Of a stretch of DNA of 64,000 nt, positions 56,443 through 64,000 are shown one piece after another. Each line of letters starts with the position of its first letter. Position 1 is the stretch's first letter. Position numbers and translations under genes: made by a program. The notes below the pieces were generated by a model. It was not told the origin of the DNA, did no database searches, and saw nothing but the letters and a program-made list of their open reading frames with translations. The DNA comes from an uncultured Opitutia bacterium (GTDB taxonomy: Bacteria > Verrucomicrobiota > Verrucomicrobiia > Opitutales > CAJWYM01): the NCBI GenBank assembly GCA_913049555.1, contig CAJWYM010000004.1, positions 15,509 through 79,508 on the forward strand, read 5' to 3'.

Positions 56443-58356
56443 GTGAATAAGTCTCCTAATAAAAGACGAATGAAACACTTCTTTAGATCCATGGGTGAAG
56501 ACTTTCGTCTAATGGTGTTTGGCTCTGAAAAAGAAGCCATAGAAAGGGATTTAATTCCTTCCAAGAACCCTTTAAAAAACGAAAAGCTTCATTCTAAAGA
56601 GGACAAAGCCTTTGAGGAAATCTCAGAGGAAGAACTGAAAGTTCAAGAAGAACATAGGGAGGACTTAGCAAAGATTGCCCATTGGAAAAATCAGTTTCGT
56701 CAATCTATTGAGATTCAAAAACAAGCGAGCGAAAATGCGGAAATTTTCTTTAAAAAAAATCACGATGATTTTTTATCGCTTCTTGAATCTTCCAACCAAA
56801 TTAAAGATTTTACTACCGCAGAAAAAACTCAAACCACTGAGGAAGAGGAGTTGGATCTTTCAAGCATCATTGATCTCTCTAGTCCCCATTGTACAAATCA
56901 AGAAAACAACCATACAAACCACAGTCAGATGGATTATTCTGACTACCGATTGCCTGCATTGAATCAACTAGATTCGATGAATTCTGCCAACACTGTAATT
57001 GTCAAAGAAGAAGAATTAGAGGAACAAAAGCGCATCCTTCAAGATGCATTGGATAGCTTTACCATAGATGCGATTGTTTATGATGCAATTGTTGGACCTC
57101 GGGTCACTCAGTTTCGTGTTCAACCTGGAATTGGAGTTCGAGTCGAGGAAATTGCTGGATTAGATAAAAACATTGCCCTCGCCCTTTCTGCACAATCAGT
57201 TCGAATTCAAGCCCCGATCCCGGGAGAACCCTTTGTAGGTATAGAAGTTCCAAACAATAATTCCATTCATTTGACGCTGAGAGCAATGATGGAGTCTGAA
57301 AGATGGAAACTTACAAAAGATGTAATTCCCCTTGTCTTAGGAATGGATCTGACTGGGAATCGCATTGTAACAGATTTGACTAAAGCGCCTCATTTACTAA
57401 TCGCTGGTGCTACAGGAAGTGGAAAATCTGTTTGTATCAGTAATATTATTATGAGCTTATTATTCCATTTTAAACCCAATGAAATGGAACTCTTACTAAT
57501 CGATCCTAAAAGGGTAGAATTTACTCTTTACAGCAAAATTCCGCATCTCATTCATCCCGTTGTTACAGAACCTAAAAAAGTGGTTCAAGTTCTCAAGTGG
57601 ATTGTAAAAGAAATGGACAACCGCTACAGAATGTTGTCGGAAAAAAAAGTCCGGAATATTTTTAGCTACAATGAAAAAGCAGAAAAAGAAAACTTTAAAA
57701 AACTCCCTTTTATTGTGATCATTATCGATGAACTTGCAGACTTAATGATGACCTCAAAAGGAGATGTGGAATCCTCTCTTGTTCGATTGGCTCAACTGTC
57801 ACGAGCTGCGGGAATCCACACGATTATTGCAACTCAAAGACCAAGTGTAAATGTAGTTACAGGTGTCATTAAAGCAAACTTTCCAACGCGGATCGCTTTT
57901 AAGGTTTCCTCTCAAATTGATTCGAGAACTATTTTAGATCAAAAAGGAGCTGAGTCCTTAATGGGGCAAGGAGATATGCTTTTTAATCCCCCAGGTATTG
58001 GACGATTGCTTCGTTTGCAGGGACCATGGGTTTCAGATGAAGAAATCAATCGAATCACCTCTTATCTATCCGAACAAAAGCCTCCAAACTTTAAATTAGA
58101 GTTTGCAGAGGAACCTGATGAAGAAACAATCTCGGGTTCAGGTCTGGATGTGAGCTCTGATGATCCGTTATTTAAAGAGGCCCTTGAGTTGGTTGCAAGG
58201 CACCAGAGACCCACCACAAGTTTTATTCAACGTCGTCTAAAAATCGGCTACAATCGGGCTGCAAATCTCATTGAGGAGATGGAAGAAATGGGATACATAG
58301 GTCCTCAATCTGGATCCAATCTTCGTGAAATCTTTATCGGTCCGGAGGATGTTTAA
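56443..58356 (+). CDS. ftsK: FtsK/SpoIIIE-family DNA translocase with no detectable N-terminal membrane domain
   Basis: Walker A is AGATGSGKSV and Walker B is VIIIDELADL, with ATQRPSV. The C-terminal gamma winged helix is TSFIQRRLKIGYNRAANLIEEMEEMG. The first ~240 aa are hydrophilic. GTG start at 56443, or ATG at 56470. Confidence 0.88.
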   Translation: MNKSPNKRRMKHFFRSMGEDFRLMVFGSEKEAIERDLIPSKNPLKNEKLHSKEDKAFEEISEEELKVQEEHREDLAKIAHWKNQFRQSIEIQKQASENAEIFFKKNHDDFLSLLESSNQIKDFTTAEKTQTTEEEELDLSSIIDLSSPHCTNQENNHTNHSQMDYSDYRLPALNQLDSMNSANTVIVKEEELEEQKRILQDALDSFTIDAIVYDAIVGPRVTQFRVQPGIGVRVEEIAGLDKNIALALSAQSVRIQAPIPGEPFVGIEVPNNNSIHLTLRAMMESERWKLTKDVIPLVLGMDLTGNRIVTDLTKAPHLLIAGATGSGKSVCISNIIMSLLFHFKPNEMELLLIDPKRVEFTLYSKIPHLIHPVVTEPKKVVQVLKWIVKEMDNRYRMLSEKKVRNIFSYNEKAEKENFKKLPFIVIIIDELADLMMTSKGDVESSLVRLAQLSRAAGIHTIIATQRPSVNVVTGVIKANFPTRIAFKVSSQIDSRTILDQKGAESLMGQGDMLFNPPGIGRLLRLQGPWVSDEEINRITSYLSEQKPPNFKLEFAEEPDEETISGSGLDVSSDDPLFKEALELVARHQRPTTSFIQRRLKIGYNRAANLIEEMEEMGYIGPQSGSNLREIFIGPEDV

Positions 58357-58535
58357 CCTTGAGGATGCAATAAAAAATGAGATTCAAGCAAAAGATATTA
58401 GAGCGAAATGAGATACTAAATCCTGAAATGGAACTTTTTGGTTCCTTGCGCGTTTCCATAAATCCTTGCAGCCGAATCCGTAAAACTTGAAATCAAAGTT
58501 CTAATGAGGAATTCGGGTTGAATCAATAATCAAGC

Positions 58536-60047
58536 ATGACTGAAGAAATTACACTGGAAAGTTTAAAACAAGAAATCCGAAGAGAGGGAACACGGAAGAC
58601 TGCGAATGCTCATAAAAATTTTCCCCTACCAACGCGTCTTCTAAAAGACCTTTATGAACAAGAACCCGAGGCTATCGACCTCCAATTTATAGCATGCTAT
58701 CCAACTTCACCCAGTTTACTGATCGAAAAAATTGCTGAAAACGTTCAAGATGAAGAAATTCTATCCAGAATAGCACTCAATCCTAGAACCCCTCAACTGG
58801 TTCTCAATCGTCTATCCCACAACGCGCAGCCCAATATTCGACTCGCAATTGCAGGCAATCGACTTCTCTCTGCCCGTGATTTTGAAAGCCTCATTCAAGA
58901 TCCCATTGAGTTTGTTCGTCGAGCCTTATCAACGAATCCAGGATTGAAAGGGCACCAACAAGCTCAACTAGCCAAAGACCCTGCTCCTTCAGTTCGGATG
59001 GCACTGTTGAAAAATAAATCCTTAGAACTTCCCATTCTGATTCAACTGTCTCAAGACGAGAGTATATTAGTTCGAACCTATGTTGTGGCTCAAGCAAAAG
59101 TGGATGATGCAATTTTAATTCACTGGGCAAATTCAAATATTGAGGAAGTTCAACTCGCTCTTTTCAGTCGCAAAAATTGCCCCGATTCTATCTATAAATT
59201 GCTTAAGTTCTCACCACATTCCAGTGTTCGTAAAATAGCACTCACCAAAACAACAGTTCAAGAAGAAGAGTTTCTATGGTTGAGTGAATCAGAATCTTCA
59301 GAAGATCGAATGTGTTTGTTGGAATCTCCCAATTTGCCTCGGGCGATTCAAAGATTGTTAGCTCAAGATCCATCCTCAAGTGTTCGTATTAAATTAAGTT
59401 TACATCCTGGAATAGATCCCAAACTCGCTCGAGAAATTGCTAGTAATGGTGAAATAAGAACCTGTCTGGCTTTAACAAACAATCCGACGATTGACAAAAA
59501 AGTTCTGGAAATCTTATCTAGAAATGAAAATATAGAGGTTGTTAAACGACTTCTTTACAGGGAAGACCTTCGATTAGAAAACATAGAAACCGTCCTCTTG
59601 AATCATTCTGATGAAATCCTATGGGATCACCTAGCCATCCAGGAACTTCGATTGAATAAGACTCCCAAGGCCTTGGCAAATATTTGGATAAAAAGCCCGA
59701 AGGCAAGCATTCGAGCAATGGGAGCCCAAGCTCTGTGTTTGTCTGACTCTCAAATTGAAAACTTAACCAATGACCCCTCCTACTTAGTACGAACAGGTGT
59801 AGCAAAAAATCCGAACATACCCCCAAAGTTATTGATTCAATTAGAAGAAGATATTCATCCGGAAGTTGTAGAAGCAGTGAAAACATCCATGCAACAGCTG
59901 AATAAAATATCTCAAAAAAACAGCATCCTTCTCAAAAATTCAGACAAACAAGAAAACCATTCCCAAGCAGACAATAAACCCGTTCCGAGAAAATCAAAAA
60001 AAAGGAGCAGCTTTCTAAATCAAATCAAAGCACTTATTTTAGATTAA
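58536..60047 (+). CDS. Leucine-rich-repeat-variant / HEAT-like repeat protein with a basic C-terminal tail
   Basis: At least 10 units of the pattern NP..P...L..La.D....VR..va are present, for example ALNPRTPQLVLNRLSHNAQPNIRLAIAGN, AKDPAPSVRMALLKN and AQDPSSSVRIKLSLHP. Confidence 0.7.
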   Translation: MTEEITLESLKQEIRREGTRKTANAHKNFPLPTRLLKDLYEQEPEAIDLQFIACYPTSPSLLIEKIAENVQDEEILSRIALNPRTPQLVLNRLSHNAQPNIRLAIAGNRLLSARDFESLIQDPIEFVRRALSTNPGLKGHQQAQLAKDPAPSVRMALLKNKSLELPILIQLSQDESILVRTYVVAQAKVDDAILIHWANSNIEEVQLALFSRKNCPDSIYKLLKFSPHSSVRKIALTKTTVQEEEFLWLSESESSEDRMCLLESPNLPRAIQRLLAQDPSSSVRIKLSLHPGIDPKLAREIASNGEIRTCLALTNNPTIDKKVLEILSRNENIEVVKRLLYREDLRLENIETVLLNHSDEILWDHLAIQELRLNKTPKALANIWIKSPKASIRAMGAQALCLSDSQIENLTNDPSYLVRTGVAKNPNIPPKLLIQLEEDIHPEVVEAVKTSMQQLNKISQKNSILLKNSDKQENHSQADNKPVPRKSKKRSSFLNQIKALILD

Positions 60048-60066
60048 AGAAATAAAAATTATCGCC

Positions 60067-60525
60067 ATGAAAAATAACAAAGAGTTGAGTTTTATCGACA
60101 TCGTCCTCAATGCAGACGCAGAAACAATCCAGCAAGCGTTGGAAGCAAAAAACAAAATTGACGCACTGTTAACCGAACGTGAAATAGCCTACCAAAAAAT
60201 CTTCGATTTGGAGGTTCGTATTGAAGAAGTTGTCGGTGAAAAAGGAGTCTTTCCATTTCCGGAGCCACCCGTTCCTATAGCCAATTTTGGAAGCAAAAAG
60301 CCAAAATCTAGAAAAATTCTACCACCAAGAAAGACTGCCTCTCCTGTCAATAAAACATTTGAACCCTCTCAAATGATTGAAGAGAAATTGATTCCTCAAT
60401 CGGATATAAATACTGACAAACAAGGTTTGGATTCTTCTTCAGATCCATCCATCTCAGAAGCTTCCGAATCATCAAAAAATCAAGATTTTGATTCAGGTCC
60501 AACTCCATCTTCTAAAAATTCTTGA
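60067..60525 (+). CDS. Small hypothetical protein: N-terminal helix, basic patch, Ser/Asp-rich tail (paralogue 1)
   Basis: ATG ORF 19 nt after the repeat protein. It shares the block LL.ERE......F.LE.....V.G....F..P with the next ORF. Confidence 0.6.
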   Translation: MKNNKELSFIDIVLNADAETIQQALEAKNKIDALLTEREIAYQKIFDLEVRIEEVVGEKGVFPFPEPPVPIANFGSKKPKSRKILPPRKTASPVNKTFEPSQMIEEKLIPQSDINTDKQGLDSSSDPSISEASESSKNQDFDSGPTPSSKNS

Positions 60526-60586
60526 GCCATCGACTTTCCATTTTTATTTCATAAAAACATCCCAACCATATTACTTAAAGAAGAGA

Positions 60587-61048
60587 ATGCCAACATCGGA
60601 CGAAATATTACTCAATGAACTTCTTATGGAAAGAGAGGAATATTTTGGCACGGTCTTTAATCTGGAACAAGAAGTTTACAAGGTTCTGGGAACTGAAATT
60701 GATTTCGAAAGTCCGATAAATTTACCTTCAAAACAAAAGCGAAAAAAGAAGTCTAAAGTTCCCAAAATACAAAAAAAGAAATCATTTAAACTCAGAAAAT
60801 TAAAGGAATCCGAAGCCGCTTTTTCTGTAAAATATCAAAATAAAGACGATCTTATTACCGAAAAACTCATCGATCCATTAGCCATAGAAACTTTGATTCA
60901 AACCCCCCCCAAATTTCTTGTAATTTTAAGCGTTCATACAGTCTCTATGGAAGATATTGCGATCGATTGTCTCTACTCAAAAGAAATTCAGTCTTTATCA
61001 AGCCCTGTAGATCCATTCGTAAATAAAAATCATAATATATTAGAATAG
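60587..61048 (+). CDS. Small hypothetical protein: N-terminal helix, poly-Lys patch, globular tail (paralogue 2)
   Basis: ATG at 60587 is preceded by purine-rich aaagaagaga; the track start at 60488 overlaps the previous gene. It carries the same N-terminal block, then KQKRKKKSKVPKIQKKK. Confidence 0.6.
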   Translation: MPTSDEILLNELLMEREEYFGTVFNLEQEVYKVLGTEIDFESPINLPSKQKRKKKSKVPKIQKKKSFKLRKLKESEAAFSVKYQNKDDLITEKLIDPLAIETLIQTPPKFLVILSVHTVSMEDIAIDCLYSKEIQSLSSPVDPFVNKNHNILE

Positions 61049-61126
61049 AATGGTTTATAAAATTATAAAAAGCTTTTAAGCTGTAATGATCCACAAAAGA
61101 GAGTGCATTGGTTCCCAAAACGCTCG

Positions 61127-62176
61127 TTATTTATTTGAATATTTGGCCATCAAAGCAGCGCCAATTGCTTGTGAAAGTTCACCCAAAGTAGCTTGGACAA
61201 AGGATATTTTAGACCTTTGACTCGGCCATAATAAGGGTTTAGCTGCCTTTTCTATCCCATCCATGTAACGTTTTCTAAACCGATCTGAGGTTGATTCAGG
61301 GTCTATTAGCCCGCCACCTATAACCACAATACTGGGATCTAAAACCATACACAAATTGGCAGCATGGATACCGAGCGCTCTCGCTTGAGTGTCGAAAATT
61401 TTGAGTGCTAGTGCATCCTCTTCTTGAGCGAGTCCTCTCAAAGATAGAGCATTTTCCTTTGGAGTAGCGGTTGAATGATGAAATGGATGATCTGGAAATT
61501 GAGGCAAAAAGAAATCAATATACTGGGGCAAGCCAGAGATCGCAGCATAAGCCTCTATACAACCCCAAGGGCGTTCACAACCGCAAGTAAAAGGTGGAAC
61601 CTTATCCAAACCCTCCCCTAAGTAATGCAAAGGAACAGGCATATGTCCTCCTTCCATACCAGCAAAATTATCTCCGGTCAAAGGAATCCCCTCAGGATTT
61701 ACATAGGCCGTTCCAAGACCCGAACCTGGAGCTAAGAGGAGAACGGATTTTTGGTTGTTGTCATTTACTTGGGCTGCTTCCCCGACCCCTCCAAAATCTC
61801 CATCATTTCCAACGATCAGATCCATATCTTTACCCGACGCCGTAGACAAAGCATTTTTATAGTCCTCATAAAAGTTCCAACCTACAAAACTAGCGGGTAA
61901 ATTAGGGGTATTTCCCATCACCCCATAACTCTGGTAGGGACCAGGAAGGGCCAAACCAACCCCTTGAACTTGTTCCCAACTTATGTCATTTTCCTTTAGA
62001 AACCCAAGAACTCCATCAATCCAACCGGAAATTACAGCTTCGGTTCCATTTTGAGAGTTGGTAGAACTTTGTCTCAGTTCTGTTGAAACAATAGATCCGT
62101 CTTCCCAAATACCTCCTGTTTTAGAAGTCGTGGCTCCACTGTCCGTTCCAATAAATACATTTCGTTTGTCAGTCAT
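61127..62176 (-). CDS. ROK-family sugar kinase
   Basis: N-terminal GTDSGATTSK phosphate-1 motif, GNDGDFGGVGE, the zinc motif CGCERPWGCIEAY, and VIGGGL. Confidence 0.8.
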   Translation of the reverse strand: MTDKRNVFIGTDSGATTSKTGGIWEDGSIVSTELRQSSTNSQNGTEAVISGWIDGVLGFLKENDISWEQVQGVGLALPGPYQSYGVMGNTPNLPASFVGWNFYEDYKNALSTASGKDMDLIVGNDGDFGGVGEAAQVNDNNQKSVLLLAPGSGLGTAYVNPEGIPLTGDNFAGMEGGHMPVPLHYLGEGLDKVPPFTCGCERPWGCIEAYAAISGLPQYIDFFLPQFPDHPFHHSTATPKENALSLRGLAQEEDALALKIFDTQARALGIHAANLCMVLDPSIVVIGGGLIDPESTSDRFRKRYMDGIEKAAKPLLWPSQRSKISFVQATLGELSQAIGAALMAKYSNK

Positions 62177-62435
62177 AAAGGCTATTCAATTTACATTAAC
62201 AAGAATTGACCAAAGGAATAGAATGACCTCCAATCTTAAAATTAACAATCACAATCCTTGTTCCATTAGAGATCCGAAAAGCAGACAAACCTTCCGATTC
62301 TGCGGATCATAAACTAAATTTAAGGTTTGGATTCCATCTGTTAAGCAGAAAATTCCAAACTTTTTTGATAAATACTTACAGACTTTGCATCCGAACCTAT
62401 AAGTTGAAGAGTCACTTTTAAAGCGATAATTTGAA

Positions 62436-64000
62436 TCAAAACTCAAGTTCCATCTGGGATGGATTTTGAAATTTAGGGATCTTTTTTTTGCGTTTTACTG
62501 GCTTGGTCATTGCTTGAATATTGCCCACCTCAATTTGGTGTTTCCCTCCGCTTTCTTGTTCAAGGTAAGTAAGAATTTCTTTTGCACGATCGATTACAGT
62601 TTTTGGAATACCTGCCAAACGAGCGACTTGAATACCATATGAACGATCCGCTGCACCGCGAATCACTTGACGAACGAACAGGATCTCATCATTCCATTCT
62701 CGCACCGCAACAGAGTAATTTTGCAATCGACTTAAATTTTGTTCTAGTTTTGTTAATTCGTGATAATGCGTGGCGAACAAAGTTCTAGGTCCCTGTTCCT
62801 CAGAACTATGTAAATGTTCAATGACCGACCAGGCGATACTCAAACCATCATAAGTGCTGGTTCCACGACCAATTTCATCTAAAATTACGAGACTTCGATG
62901 GGTTCCATTGTTCAGGATATTGGCAGTCTCATTCATCTCCACCATGAAGGTTGAATTGCCTCGAGCCAATTCATCACTTGCTCCTACTCGAGAAAAAATA
63001 CGATCCACTATTCCGATCGAACATGATTTTGCTGGAACCCAACTTCCCACTTGAGCCATCATTGTAATCAGTGCTACTTGTCGAATATAAGTGGATTTAC
63101 CAGCCATATTAGGACCGGTCAAAAGGGCTATTTGCTCTTCACTGGAGGAAAGCTGTGTATCATTAGGAACAAAGGAGTGAGCCCCTGCTAAAGATCCAGT
63201 TTCTTTTTTTAATGATTGCTCTACAACTGGATGCCTCCCCTGCTCTATGTCCAAACGATCGCTTTCATCCACCAGCGGGCGGCAATAGTTCCATTCTCTC
63301 GCAATTTTCGACCAAGCAATATACAAGTCTAACTCCGCTAAAGATCGGGCCGTATCTTTCATGCTTTGTGCAACTTCCAAGACATCTGAAACAAGAGCTC
63401 TAAATAGTTCTTCCTCGCGGGCTAAAGACCTTTCCTCTGCATTCAGAATCTCTTTTTCTTTTTGCTTCAATTCATTTGTATAATAACGCTCAGCATTGGT
63501 CAGTGTTTGTCTACGTATATAATGATCTGGAACAAGACTTGTATTCGCCTTGGAAACTTCAATAAAATAGCCATAAGCTCCATTATACTTAATGCGAAGG
63601 TTGTTGATCCCCGTTTTTTGTTTCTCCTCTTGCTCGAGATTCGCAAGCCAACTTTTATTATCTTTGGAGAGAGATTTTAGATGATCCAATTTTTCATCAT
63701 ACCCTTCTTGGATCAATCCGCCCTCTTGAATATTTGACGGAAGCTCGTCTTGTAAAACACGCTTTAATTTTTCTCTCAATGACTCCTGTGTATCAATTTG
63801 GCTTTGATATGAGGAAATGCTTAGATTTGAGGCCCCGGCTAATAATTCCACAATAGGAGGCAATTGTTCCAAACTGGATCTGATTCCTCCTAATTCTCTT
63901 GGTCGACAAAGCTTGTTTTGTAAGCGACCCAGAATTCGAGACAAATCATTGATTTTTCCAAGATGAGAATGGATCTTCTCAGACAACATAGGAACACTAA
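62436..64000 (-). CDS. mutS: DNA mismatch repair protein MutS, N-terminal part lost beyond the right window edge
   Basis: LLTGPNMAGKSTYIRQVAL, ILDEIGRGTSTYDGLSIA, FATHYHELT. The frame stays open from 63989 to base 64000. Confidence 0.93.
   Translation of the reverse strand, partial: SVPMLSEKIHSHLGKINDLSRILGRLQNKLCRPRELGGIRSSLEQLPPIVELLAGASNLSISSYQSQIDTQESLREKLKRVLQDELPSNIQEGGLIQEGYDEKLDHLKSLSKDNKSWLANLEQEEKQKTGINNLRIKYNGAYGYFIEVSKANTSLVPDHYIRRQTLTNAERYYTNELKQKEKEILNAEERSLAREEELFRALVSDVLEVAQSMKDTARSLAELDLYIAWSKIAREWNYCRPLVDESDRLDIEQGRHPVVEQSLKKETGSLAGAHSFVPNDTQLSSSEEQIALLTGPNMAGKSTYIRQVALITMMAQVGSWVPAKSCSIGIVDRIFSRVGASDELARGNSTFMVEMNETANILNNGTHRSLVILDEIGRGTSTYDGLSIAWSVIEHLHSSEEQGPRTLFATHYHELTKLEQNLSRLQNYSVAVREWNDEILFVRQVIRGAADRSYGIQVARLAGIPKTVIDRAKEILTYLEQESGGKHQIEVGNIQAMTKPVKRKKKIPKFQNPSQMELEF

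Noticed and set aside
62271-62308. A hairpin GATCCGAAAAGCAGA...TCTGCGGATC between mutS and the ROK kinase.
   Set aside because: The stem is bulged (5+5 bp), no flanking T-run is present on either strand, and the position is about 130 nt past the mutS stop. It cannot be supported as a terminator without energy calculations.
1-64000. A search by eye for tRNA, rRNA, tmRNA, RNase P, SRP RNA, CRISPR repeats, IS elements/transposases, integrases, and defence-type genes (nucleases, helicases, reverse transcriptases).
   Set aside because: I recognised none. All spacers longer than 250 bp (8487-8894, 9264-9701, 10608-11084, 15877-16329, 18240-18562, 24959-25262, 36542-36831, 62177-62435) lack the conserved cores I know for these RNAs. 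No direct-repeat arrays were seen. Small RNAs cannot be excluded without covariance-model scans.

Overview
This is an AT-rich, very densely coded chromosomal segment with about 65 protein genes. Many neighbouring genes are joined by 1-23 nt overlaps of the ATGA/GTGA type. By eye I found no rRNA, tRNA, CRISPR array, transposase or integrase. All calls rest on motifs I recognise in the supplied translations; no similarity search was run. The ORF track opens ORFs at TTG/GTG as well as ATG, so I moved several starts to a more plausible downstream start and say so in the evidence.

Gene content, left to right:
- A 5'-truncated CobN-like chelatase with a membrane anchor, followed by a MotA/ExbB-like and a DUF2149-like gene.
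- A corrinoid nucleotide-loop/salvage set: cobO, a HAD phosphatase, cobU and cobD, convergent with cobT-cobS.
- A short RpoD-type sigma factor, a PatB/MalY-type lyase, a MacB/FtsX-type ABC pair and an orphan flgK.
- An acyl-lipid desaturase and the operon NTP-transferase-thiL-tsaE.
- A copper / haem-copper-oxidase assembly cluster: SCO1-like, a tandem HxHP protein, DUF420 and a secreted HMA protein.
- proA, then thiE-fur-truA, then accB-accC-asp23 with an amaP-like gene.
- A GT4 glycosyltransferase coupled to a GH13_18 sucrose-phosphorylase-like enzyme.
- A ybcJ / Smr-like / chalcone-isomerase-like mini-operon.
- Housekeeping genes: mazG, trpC, rsmA, lnt, leuA, coaC, purC, ftsK, a ROK kinase and a truncated mutS.
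- An 8.6 kb minus-strand pilus-like cluster: a PilM-PilN fusion, an Amuc_1100-like protein, two unknown proteins, a secretin with a TPR-like extension, and an overlapping TolC-like gene.

The pilus-like cluster and the general gene content suggest Verrucomicrobiota (PVC group). That is an inference only.

The items most worth follow-up are:
- The membrane-anchored CobN-like + MotA/ExbB-like + DUF2149-like triad, a possible PMF-coupled tetrapyrrole (de)chelatase.
- The pilus-like cluster with its fused-TPR secretin and TolC-like partner.
- The ybcJ / Smr-like coupling.
- The repeat-protein operon with two tandem paralogous small basic proteins.
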